64,000 nucleotides of DNA, from assembly GCF_041956535.1 (NCBI RefSeq), contig NW_027192197.1, forward strand, positions 135,829 to 199,828. Reading direction: 5' to 3'. Origin of the DNA: Calcarisporiella thermophila CBS 279.70. Taxonomy: Eukaryota > Fungi > Calcarisporiellomycota. The notes below the pieces were generated by a model. It worked only from the letters and a program-made list of their open reading frames with translations. It searched no databases and was not told the DNA's origin. This document shows positions 50,287-64,000 of the stretch, in pieces. Position 1 is the first letter of the stretch. Each line of letters begins with the position of its first letter. The position numbers and the translations under genes were made by a program.

Positions 50287-52150
50287 CTAAAGTCGATGAA
50301 CACGCACCCATAGTGGGCGTCGCATTGGGAGAGTAAGAGAAGTTCCATAAAGAGGCTCTGTTGTTATTTTCTCTTGTTCGATAAATTTTGTTGATAATTC
50401 AAAGTGGAAGCGGGGGATCAACACAGAGGTCATCGTAAGGGATTCTGGCATTGCAAATGTTTGTCCCAGACATACTCTTGGTCTCCCATTAAAGACATTA
50501 AACTAGGGTTACAAATCAAAGTTAATATTATCCATATTGGCACATGAATAGTTGCTATACCTTGTACTGCCATTCTTTCTTTACTCCGAGGATTTCTCCT
50601 CGCTCATCTCTTTTCAACCACCATTCAGAATTGAATTCTTCCGCGTCTTCTCCCCATATACTTTTATCTCTTGCAATTACATATGCAGAGTATATAACCA
50701 AGTCTCCTTCACGTATTATAACTCCATTGGGAAGAACATCAACATGAGCCACGGTTTTTGAGTTTTTTGGGACTGGAGGCTAGAGTCGCAGGGTTTCATC
50801 GAAGACGGCTGTGCTATAGTGAAGTACTTTTAGAGTCTCATAGGTAATTTCCTGAAAATTAGAGAGTTCCTCCCGGATCCGAGCCTGAACATCGAGTCGT
50901 TGCGTTATCATCAGGAATTGCCAAGAAAGTTGCTGCGCTGTTGTATCACGGCCTACATGAGAGTTAACACGGCAAAAAATTAGCATCGCTCTATTCAACA
51001 AGCATGGATGCCTTTACCAGTTATCATAAAATTCAAGATAGTATCGCGCAATTCTTTGTCTGTGAGTTTGCTATCATCTACGCGCCGGTAGTCGAGGAAC
51101 AAGTCCATAAGATCTTTTTCCTGGCTCTTCAACCCTCCTGCTCTCACTTGGAGACGCGTCCCAAGTGTATTATACGCATACTCATCGAGAATATTTATTG
51201 CACTTTGGAATTTTCGACTCTCACTGCTGAGAAACTCTGTTATTCTAAGTTATTCGAGGCAATGGAAATTGAGCAAGGAAAGTGAGAAAACTAGTTTGCT
51301 GGAAACTCAAACGCCTTCTATTTACCGAAAAAGTGGGTTATGGAGGCGTCTATCAATGACCATTTGAACGTAGTCAAAGGCGGCAGCAAAAGGAACAGGC
51401 GCACTGGTATCATCAAAGCAGTTGAAATGCTTTCCAAATGAAATTCTACCGAAGGTGTCCAAGGTGAAACGGAAAAATAGGCCTTGAAGATCGACCTCTT
51501 GCCCTGAAACGGCTGCCCTCTCGAGTACGGATGCGACCTGCATTACCTCCTCGCGAAATACTCCTTCGATCAGTTCATGAAAGCGTTTGATATTGAATAT
51601 ATTAACAGCCTAGAAGGCAAAGGACTCGATTTTAAGCTTCTGTATGGTAATGCATTGTTGTCTACTTTTATTGATGTTTTGCGCTGTATCTTCCATTTAT
51701 CCCCGTTTGTGATAAATATACCATCGCCCAGCAACTCCTTTAAAATATTTTGCGTATGCGGGCCTTTGTAGAAGTTTTCGAAATGAGTATGCTCTATGTA
51801 TTCAATACTTGCTGGATTGTGTGCAAATATTATCCGCGGGGCGAATGGTATAGTGACAGTAAGCCATTTCCCGTATTGGGTCCTCCATGCAGAAAAAGAT
51901 CAAGAATTCGATTGGTATATCGCTTCATTATGAGAGCACTCCCCAAGAGTGGGTACTCTTTAGGACCAGGGAGAGATAAAAAAGTATGAGTGCCCAGTGC
52001 ATTATTGCGATGCTTGAAGGGAGTGTAGACTAGTGCCGCAATAAAAGGATTAACATGCTTCAAGATAGTAGAAAATACGAGTAGGAGCCTCTTCGAAATC
52101 ACTGGCATACGGAGCATCAATATAGAAACAAAAATTATAACAGTAGACAT
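50287..52150 (-). pseudogene. Cytochrome P450 pseudogene (CYP52/86/704-like fatty-acid hydroxylase type)
   Basis: LLGDGIF, LFFRFTLDTF, TGRDTT, ETLRL and RVCLGQ are present. Lesions: frameshift near 51883, in-frame TAG at 50780-50782 (ETLRL*PPVP), PERW degraded to SEWW, heme loop FNGRPRVC. Confidence 0.88.
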
Positions 52151-52968
52151 TGTTATTGTAAATCAAAATTTAACGATGTGGAGCTGTCGATGAGGGTAAC
52201 CAAGTGGAATGAAGCGAAAATAAAAAGAACCATGAGAAAAAAAAGAGAAATTATCTCATTCTGTTTCATTGAATAGCTGACAGCGTGAATAATTGAATTC
52301 GCAAGGTGCTTATATGCATATAGTATATATGTTCAGTCTACTTCGATCATTTAAGCCGTTTTTGGGTTGGAGTGCATATCAGAAAAGAAAGAGTAACTCG
52401 GAACAAAGCCCTTTCGCATCCGATAATTCAGCCAAAATGGACCTGTCATCCCCCACCCGCCTATTTTCACGATGTCGAAGCTGCTTATTATTCATTTTCC
52501 AATTGTTTTATAGAAGCATCTGAAAAAACCGGTCTAGAATAGGCGAGGTTAGTCCAAGGCTCAGACGGGGTGTATAACTCGGAGTCAAGCTCCCAGCGCT
52601 TTCAACTAAACCTGACAGGAAATATAAAAACCTTGCAATGGAACTTCTTTTTAAAAGATTACTCTAAATTTCAAGTGTATTGAATTTTCCCATATATGTA
52701 ATTGATGGCTTATTCACGGCTTAGATCGAGGCTTATATGGGGCTTGGCTAGAAAAAATAATATACAAAAAACACCGATAAAATACTAAAAACACGGATTT
52801 CTGACATATCCGACATATCCGACAGCTCGTCAGAAAAATATAAAATACCAATTTACAACCCTATCCTAGGATTTGCAGTTTTTAGAATATATTACTGCGG
52901 AGAACAGGAAATAACGTCGGTGCACGAAAATAATCTTTGGAGATTTCTACTCCTCCTAATCATTCTTC

Positions 52969-54880
52969 ATGGCGGGTGAAACTGATAGTAAGAAGGCTCT
53001 GGTGATCCTGTCCTTTTTGCTCTCCCCTCGCTCCTATGAGTCCTTGTCGCGAATCCTTAAACGCAGGCTAGATCCTACTCCTGAGCAATTCAAAGAATAC
53101 TGCGACTCAAGGTGAGATTTTCAATTTAGAACGGCGTTCTAGAATAGAAAGGATGCTTATCCCAGGGAAACAAATGTTCTCTTCACCTTTCTTGTGAAAA
53201 ATGTAGCCATGATAAGCGCTGCGAAAATGCACTGTGTATTCATCCCAGATGTTTACCCGCCGATGTTCGCGCTGGACTTTGGTCATTTTCACGTGGTTAC
53301 GCGATTATAGCTTTTGTTGATACTGTGCTTGCCATTTTTCGCCGACAACGGTAATTATCAGCTAACTTTCTTTTTTTTTTTCCATTGACTGGGCTTCAAT
53401 TTTCTCCATTTGACCTACAGTGGAATGAAACTGTTACGTAATTTTTTCAAAAATCCTTCAGCGTTTCAGTTTGGTCTGTTCTTGGGAACATTCAGCACTC
53501 TTTACCGCGCCTTACTACGGGCACTAATTACGCTGCGCAGCAAGAATGCGCTATTACCACCGTTTATTGCAGGAACCCTTGCTTCTTCATCCATTTTACT
53601 AGACTCCTCTTCCAAGAGACGTGTTAATATTGCACTCTACACACTTACCAGAGGACTAGAGGCCGTTTATAAAGCGGCAAGACAGAGAGGTGCATTACCA
53701 GAAATGCCCTGGTGGTGGGGAAGCTGGATTCTCTTTCCGCTTTCATCCGCATTTACATTATATGCATATCTCTTTGAAAACGACACTTTCCCCGTATGTG
53801 AAGAACATCTATTTCATCTGCTTGAGCCGGTCTCATACTTCTCATACTTTTTCATTCACTAGAAAAGCTATAGTCGATTCATTATGGCCCGCAGTGGAAC
53901 CTACGTGGCCAAGCCCTCCACTGAAATGCTAACGTTAAATGGGCACCCATACCCTGACAGTGACACTGTCCGTGATGGCCTGGAGGCCATTTGCAGAAAC
54001 GGCCACCCCGTTTTTGTGAAAAGTGCTTTACCCCCCCCCAATCTCGGGCTTGAGAAGGTGAACCGTATACTTCAAACCGCAGATTCGGGTGATTCCCTTT
54101 TATATAGTATTCAAAAAATATTCTTGTTGGACTAAGGTGATTTTTTTATTGTCGTACAGGTCATTCTCGTCTATGGTGTGCTCTTGCTCATCCCAATGAT
54201 CCCAAGTGTTGGCGCGTTTATGCCAAATATTGGGGGAAGGAGGGGTATAATGCACTGAAATTTATGGCCGTTTTCAGGGCGATTGCCCTACTTATTAGGC
54301 TATCCAGGAAGCGCTCAATGTAAATAGGCTCTCTACTTAAAATAGAAGCACTTATTGCTTTAACCACGAAATCCTTTGTTCTCTATGAAAGCTCCAAGGA
54401 TGACTTAGTGCGGGCAGCCCTCGACGCTTTCCTGGGAGCTGGGTTCATTGCGGGATCCATCGGAACAACATGGGGGCTCTGTTGTGCAAGCGAATATATA
54501 ATGCCCGGAAACGTGCTACCCAAAGCTAGATATTCACTAATTGCATTCACCTCATCTCTTTTCATTCTGCTCGAACCTCAAGGACGACGCCTAGATTTGG
54601 GCCTCTACAGCACCCGATTTGCTATTGAATCGGTGTGGAAGGCTCTAGTTAAACACGGATATGTGCGACCTATCAGGTAAGCGCTTTTTTTATGCATGTG
54701 CATAAACATATTTCAACACCTATTTTTTTCAACACCTCTAGGGGCGGTGAGATGTTGTATTTTGCTTTGGTGATGGGGATGGTGACCGCCGTAATTGAAA
54801 CCCAGCCCGAGCAGGAGGAGGATGCCAAGGCTCAAAAATCCAACATCATGTTGAAGATAGTTAGCCAGCTTGTGAAGTAG
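52969..54880 (+). CDS. TMEM135-like multi-pass membrane protein (Tim17/PMP24 superfamily)
   Basis: FGLFLGTFSTLYR, FIAGTLAS, RRVNIALYTLTR, CALAHP..PKC, LLEPQGRRLDLGLYSTRFAIES and GGEMLYFAL. Confidence 0.85.
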
Positions 54881-55159
54881 CGTGGATTGCCTTATAGTTT
54901 TGTTTGCGCTGTCCCTTTGTGTTTTGCCCATAACCAAATTCAACGTTATTAATAAATAGCGTTTTAGTCATGTAAATGGGCTCTTATTTGGGTGTATATA
55001 CTGAAGATAAGACTACTATGGACTAGTAAGCCTCTTTCACTTCACAGCTAAGTATACATAAAAATACAAGTACAATTTCTATATACAAACACCACTACAG
55101 ATAAAAGACAAACCATCGAATGAAATAGTCAAGATAGCGCCCAATTATGACCGGTGTCG

Positions 55160-56890
55160 CTATCTACATACGCTATATCCTGCTAGCTCTCCGCACGTTT
55201 GTCCTGCTGCACAGTCCTCATCCACTGAGCATAGACAGTAGTCCTCCAAAGCACAGTGCTTGATATCGGGGGGCATTGACACTTGCTCCGTGAATCCCAA
55301 GATCCGTCGGCCGTAATCGTTCATAAATACCCCGGTGGGATCGTAGCGCTCTACAATTTCGGCAAATCTCTCGAGGTTGGGGTAAGCCCTAGAAGCAACA
55401 GCCGCAGAAGAATAATAAAGCCCATTTTTTCCAAAATGAGGCCGCCCATCGTACTTATCTACCTGGAGAGAAATGGATAGAAGAAGTAAAAAAAAAAGAA
55501 ACAAGAACTAGTATTAGCGGTCGTCTAACTAAAACTTTTAACTTAAGGGATGAATATTTACAAGCATTTGCCCAATGGCCTGGTAAGTCGCCAATCCCAG
55601 TCGTGGGGTGTCTCTTGGATTAGCGCGCATAATGCTCGCGAAATCTATGTGTAGCGTCTCACGCCCGGTCTCTATCCCCATAAGTGAATCGGAAGCTGGT
55701 GAGAAGCGGAAATAAATCCCAATCAGGGGGAATGGAACAGGATTCAATTCAAAGATGGCGCGCATATCCTTAATTATATCCGCGAACCGATCCAGTGGAA
55801 GTGCCATTGCAATCTCGTCATCCCTAACCGGATATTTCGTGGGAGACCAGGGGCACTTGGTGCAGCGACTGGAGAGCATGTTGAATGAGTATCCAGTTGC
55901 CGGATTCATGACCTTCTTTCCATCCTCTGACAATATAGCCGGGCGCCCCAACATGTTTTTGTACAAGGATGACTCCGTCATATACTGAAAGAGAAACATT
56001 CCTCTGGTGCTATTAAGGGCCTGCAAATGCTCCACGAGCAGATGGACCACGCCGACTTTGAACTCGGCAACATCTGGGATGAGGTTAAAAATAGCATTGC
56101 CCGGCACGTCCAAGGAGGTATAGTTGCCCAAGGAAACCACAACTGACCGAGAGGAAGGGAACCACCACAGCTGAAAAAAGTCTGTCTTTCGAGCCAGCTC
56201 TAGTGCGACATCATTGAAGAGAATTTCTTCGGAGGAACGGTACAGCTGCACCGAAACCTTATACTGATTCACAAGAGGAAGATGTATTTCAACCACTACA
56301 CCCAATAGCCCAAGATGCACACGAAATGCACTGAAGTCTGAATATTCTCTATCGATGTACCGAATTTTTCCTTTAGCGTCTACAAAAATCATGCCAATTG
56401 CGAGTTCCGAAATAGTCGTGGGATGGAGTAGAGAACTTCCATGGGCGCCAGTCCCCATCGCGCCTCCTATAGTAATTCCTCCAAATGCTGGAAAGTGCTC
56501 CAGAGAATACCCATGTTCATTTAAGTTCTCAAGAAGATCCATCAATTCAATCCCCGCCCCAACTCTTGCTATTTTATTGCCGTCGACATCCTCTATTTTT
56601 ACCCATCGAAGATTCTTCATCACAATTGCAATTCCATCAGTGCAGATATTATCATTTGAAGAATGTCGACTTCCAATGGCCTTGACGGTGTGATTCTTGG
56701 CTATTGCTTCCTTGACAATGGCCTGTACCTCGCGCACACTCTTCGGGCGGAAGATGGCCGCGGCCCGACATCGGATCGTGCCTTTGTATGTACTATATTC
56801 CTCAAAGGTATAAGTGAGAGGTATAAGTGGTAAAAAGAGACAAAGAAGTATGGGTAATGAAGTTATAAGGGTATAATGCACTACTCGCAT
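55160..56890 (-). CDS. Secreted FAD-linked oxidase, L-gulonolactone oxidase (plant GULLO)-like, copy A
   Basis: Signal peptide, KAIGSRHS (covalent-FAD His region), TIGGAMGTGAHGSS, VHLGLLGVV, RPHFGKN and a Cys-rich tail HCALEDYCLCSVDEDC. One intron. Confidence 0.9.
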
Positions 56891-57163
56891 CGTGAAAGTA
56901 TTATTGTAATGTAAAAAAAAAAAAGGAATAGTTGGCATGTGTATTTTAAAAGCTCTTCTCAACTGAACATTGCATTCCTAATTTTAAGTTTAGGTAATAT
57001 GACCTTATTTGCATATTGAGCCACTCTAAGTAGGTTGTCCAACCTCTTTGAATCTTTCGAAATCGACTGGGCGATACAAGGGACCGCTGGATGAAGTTCA
57101 GAAGGCAACCATATATTGCATTATATTCATCGATGTTGATTAATTAAATCAGAGTGAATAGGA

Positions 57164-58860
57164 TTATTTACAGACGTTAGTACCCATCCATCGTCGGCAG
57201 CGCTGTCCTTTGGCACAGTCCGAATCTACAGAGCATACACAAAAATCTTCAAGCGCACAATGCTTCGTATTAGCGGGGAGTTGTACAGCATCAGTCAGCC
57301 CAAGGATTCGGCGCCCGAAATTATTCAAAAAGATCCCTTTGGGATCGTAGCGCGATACAATCTCTGCGAATTTCTTTGCATTGGGGTACTTGCTGAAAAA
57401 CATCTTCTTTGACGAGTAGTACAAGCCGTTCTTTCCGTGGTGAGCACGCCCATCTACCTTGTCCGCCTAGGTAATATATTTGGGAACATAAAATAGGTTA
57501 GAAAAGTGGACCCAGCAGAACGATTAGAGAACTAGGATCTAACACTTACAAGTAGTTGCGTGATGGCCTGGTATGATGCCAAGCCTAACCGCGGCTTATT
57601 GATTTCATCTCTGCGCATCACGCTAAGTAAATCGATGTGGACAGACTCGCGACCTGACTCCAAAGCTACTAGCGACTTCGCAGCCCTGGTAAACCTGAAA
57701 TTGATGCCATAGAGCGGGAAGGAAACAGGGGCTTCATTGTATACTGCTCGAATCGTATGCACCACCTCATCAAGCCGATGTATGTCAAAAGACAGAGCAA
57801 TGGCATTGTCTCTAACGGGTAGAGCCTTTGGCGTCCATGCACAGTTTCGACAACGGCTTACGAGGATTTTGTGAGAATATCCAGTACCAGGGTTCTTGGG
57901 GGTGACTCCATCCTCGGTGAGGACAAGAGGCTTTCCCGGAGCTCGACGATACAGCGACAGTTGAGTTATACCTTGATACAAGAACATATTCGGTTGGAGT
58001 TTTAAGGCTTGGCTAAGTTCAAACAGCGTGCTGTAGCCCGCGACCGCGAGGGGTGGAATGTCGGGAATCAAATTCATTTTAACGTCTCCATCTTCCTCGC
58101 AAGTGGTATAGTTTCCGGCTGACACGACAACCGAGCGGGTCGATGGGAACCACCAGAGTTGAAAGAAATCAATCTTGCGAGCCATTGCCAATGCCTGGCC
58201 GTTGAGGAGGATGTCCTCCGAAGCACGGTAGTTGTGGATCCTGATCTTGAACTGTGGAACGACAGGAAGTGTCACGTCTACTATGATCCCCAGTAGGCCA
58301 AGATGGACGCGAAAAGCAGCAAAATCGGGTGAATCTGCATTAATACGACGCAGTCTGCCGTTCGCGTCTACAAACGTCATACCGACAGCGAGCTCCGAGA
58401 GAGTGGCCGGGTGCAGAAGTGAGCTGCCATGTGCACCGGTGGCAATCGCACCTCCAACCGAGATGCCCCCAAACGAAGGAGCATGTTCTAGTGCAAGCCC
58501 TTTTGAGTGAAGTTTTGTCATCAAATCCAATATCTCTAGGCCTGCGCCTGCTGTCACCGTCATGTCGTTGTTGTATTTGACATTTCGAATATTTTCCATG
58601 AAAATAGCGATTCCTTCGGTGCAAAAATTGTCATTCCCAGAGTGCCGGCTGCCGACTGCTTTGACCGTTTGGTTTCTGCGCGCGGCTTCTCTGACAATGG
58701 TCTGGATTTCGGCCACAGTTTTTGGATAAAGGATGGCGGCGGCATTGCATTTAATGGTTCGCTTATACGTGGTGTATTGGACGCCACGCGCAGTAGATGC
58801 TAATAAAATAATGAGTGAAAAGATAAGTAATGAGGGGAAGGGGAGCCGTAACAGCTTCAT
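57164..58860 (-). CDS. Secreted FAD-linked oxidase, GULLO-like, copy B (tandem paralogue)
   Basis: KAVGSRHS, SVGGAIATGAHGSS, RAHHGKN and HCALEDFCVCSVDSDC. The single intron is at the same position as in copy A. Confidence 0.9.
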
Positions 58861-59670
58861 TGCAAGAGCATCTATGAACGCGCGACTTGGTATGGAAATT
58901 CGGGATGAGGATACGCACCTTCAGCCTCGACAATAAAGCCTTTATATGTCCTCGTATTCCAGGAGCCCAAGTTTAACCTAATCGACAACCTCCTGCATGA
59001 TCTCCCGATTAGAACGGACTGGAAAGAGTGTACGGTGATGATAGTATGTCGTGTAAATATAAAAGTGCATCTAATATTATATATATTAAGAAAGAGGAGT
59101 AAGCATTCCGGCTCCAGTGCAGAGCCTTGGTCAATAGGAAACTGAGGCACGAGGTTTCAAACAAGCTTGCGACTTGAGATATTTAATTTTGCAGGCACCC
59201 TTATGATGTCGAGTGGCCTCGGGAAGCGTACATAGGGTTATGCAGATTTAGATAATCCATCAAATGAGAGAATTACTGGAAAAGAATCAAAATCCAAAAA
59301 AAAAAGAAAAACAAACGAAAACAAAAACAGTATATGTGAAGTAAAAAAAAAGAAACGAAAATGCATAGCGAAATATCTGGGATTTACAATTGTCAATCTT
59401 TCAACTCAATTCAAGACATATATCCTACATGACTTGCGACAGAGCAGCCCAACTCTACTTGCAAATATGCTCCGCGCGATTATAAATGAAAGCAGCTCGA
59501 TAGGCAGGGTAGGGCGCAATGTCTCCGGGTGTTCCTCGCTCCAGTATAAAGTGGCGAGAAACATCCTTAACATAAATTTTGCAAAATTGCTACCAAGTGG
59601 CCTGTACAGTGAACCCGTAGGCAACACAATATTAGAACAATAAAACCTAAGCATACACTCCTCTCTACCA

Positions 59671-62214
<2,544 letters not shown>

Positions 62215-62448
62215 GAAATCTCTCTTATTCCGGAGCTTCTTCTCGGGGTAGTCCAGAGATGATGTTGAACAGATTATAGAGGGGGGGGGGTGTCAACAGT
62301 CGCTACAAGGAGTTAAGGGCTGGTGGTGTGACTCGGGCTGAGAGGAATAAAAAAAAGTGAGCGGATAAGCCACCCATAATTCTTTCAAAAGTGCTTCGAA
62401 TGGAAAATCTAATGTGGGAGTGAATATGAAATTTTAATATATTTATTG

Positions 62449-64000
62449 CTACATTCTCTCTAAAGGCTCCACTCCCAGAAGCTTGAGTCCAGAGCCAAGC
62501 ACACATCTCGCTGACCATAACAGCAACCATCGTGCATCTGCTACAGCTGATTGCCTTCCTTTGACACGCAAGACCCTGTGGGCCTCTGAGAGGGCGTGTG
62601 CTAGTTCAAATAATATAGACATCAATGGCTGAGGATCCATGGATTGATGTGAGAGGAGAACAGCATTAGGATATCTCATCAAAATTGATGCCAGAACAAT
62701 CACTTCATCGCCATGGAGCAGACTCAGATCGGCATTGGGGTCTAATCGAACGCATGCTTTTCGCTCGATCCTAAAGTGACAAAAAAAATACACAATCAGA
62801 GCTCTCAAGGAATCGAGCTATTCAGCCGATCTTGTTTACCCGCACAAGCGCGCATGCGTATATTCCAAATAAACACCACTGTCTCCCCTCACATCCATTA
62901 GTCTGTCCCAGTCAAAAACGACCTCTCTTGTTCGGCGAATCTGCTCAATCTGAGTTAACACCGCGGCTTTTGCGGCGCCACGCGCTGTTCTCGACACGAC
63001 CTCTTCAATTTTATCCTCCTTGCTAAGCTCTAGCACCAGCTCGTCCAATTTTCCCTCGTTTTCACGCATGATCTGATCCATGGCATCTATTGCTCGTGCC
63101 ATCACCTCGCTTACAGAGGTCGAGATACCTCGCAAGGGGAGATATTCTACATGGTGGCACTGCTCCGAGTTAACAAGATGAAATGCTTGCTTAAAGTGCA
63201 GAGCACGGCGGTTGGGCGCTACGATGTAGATCGAGCTTGCGTATTGAAGATGGTGACGGAGAAAGGAGACATCATTGGCAAGTTCAGTTGGTTCGCCGGA
63301 TACTCTAAGTTTCGGGCGACCAAGTCCAAGAGAAGAGAGATCGAGAGTCTCGATGTCATCCGGCAAATTTGAACCTGAGGCTAGGTGCCCCCAAGCATGC
63401 CCTTTCGTCGGCTCGAAGCCGAGCACCTCGTGTTCTTCACTACACATTTTCCCATCAACCGAATTCTCTTCGCCATCCTTATTCATCTCTGTCCCCCTCC
63501 AGTCCTTCACTCTATGTACTTCACATCCTGAAAGCTCTAAAATTCTGGCCACGAATCCTGCTAATATTTTGCCCCGAATTTGATTTCCTATTTCGTTGCA
63601 CTGCATAGCACATACCACAACTTTTCTCCGTTCTTCCGAGCGTGGAAGAGCAGCAGACGAAAAGTTTCCTCCATCTTGCACTATCCGCTGTAAGATGAGC
63701 TTTAGAAATTCCTCTCTGTGCACTCTAAAATTGAGGAAAATTCCTTCGACATTGACTCCTGCAATGAGGTTGCTCGCTTTTATCTGATGTTTCCCAAGAT
63801 GAAGTAAGTTGAGGAAGATGAATATCAGATCTGCGAACCAATCACCTTCTCCGCTAACTCACTGGCCACGCTTGTACCGAACTCCTTAGTACCGGGTAGA
63901 AGACGAAGCACGGGTAGTGCCATTACCTCACAACGCGTGGGTTTTCGTATAATCTCGAGTGCATCTCGAATCTGGCGCTCCTTAATATCATGGGAAATCG
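62449..64000 (-). CDS. Arginyl-tRNA synthetase-like protein with DALR anticodon-binding domain and degenerate catalytic core; 5' end beyond the window
   Basis: [36 protein letters not shown] and LRVKG...ARWLL...VLGSGLKLLGVEPLERM are ArgRS hallmarks. HIGH and KMSTR equivalents are absent. Confidence 0.85.

Noticed and set aside
50780-50782. In-frame TAG in the P450 as evidence of stop-codon reassignment or RNA editing
   Set aside because: TAG terminates other genes here (lipase, GPI proteins), and the same gene has a frameshift and motif decay. Pseudogenisation is the simpler explanation.
52803-52824. GACATATCC tandem repeat upstream of TMEM135
   Set aside because: Only ~2.5 copies and no spacers. 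Not CRISPR-like, and no function is supportable.
59406-59654. Possible extra C-terminal exon (Tudor-like) of the JmjC gene
   Set aside because: The preceding exon ends in an in-frame TGA at 59671, and this ORF shows no recognisable domain.

Overview
Gene-dense, intron-rich eukaryotic DNA, clearly fungal and probably from an early-diverging lineage (Mucoromycota/Zoopagomycota-like; inferred from short GT-AG introns, a Mucorales-style chitin deacetylase and retention of HYPK, PRL, NudE and TMEM135). About 30 spliced protein genes were reconstructed by hand. Core genes: HSP20, NSA2, RPL12, HOG1, group III G-alpha, PRP40, PPIL4, HYPK, GSH2, POL1, NUDE, NFS1, a MiT/Rtg-like bHLH, TMEM135 and a KDM4/Rph1 demethylase. 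Secreted or surface genes: lipase, chitin deacetylase, two GPI-like proteins, a Cys-rich small protein and two tandem plant-GULLO-like FAD oxidases. There is also a cytochrome P450 pseudogene. No CRISPR, tRNA, rRNA or recognisable transposon was seen. Best leads: (1) a box C/D snoRNA hidden in an NFS1 intron whose guide is complementary to U6 snRNA; (2) an open-frame arginyl-tRNA synthetase paralogue lacking its catalytic motifs (DALRD3-like); (3) a probably mitochondrial flavin reductase fused to an uncharacterised His-motif domain; (4) repeated head-to-head pairing of functionally related genes. All calls come from motif recognition without database searches, and exon boundaries are manual.
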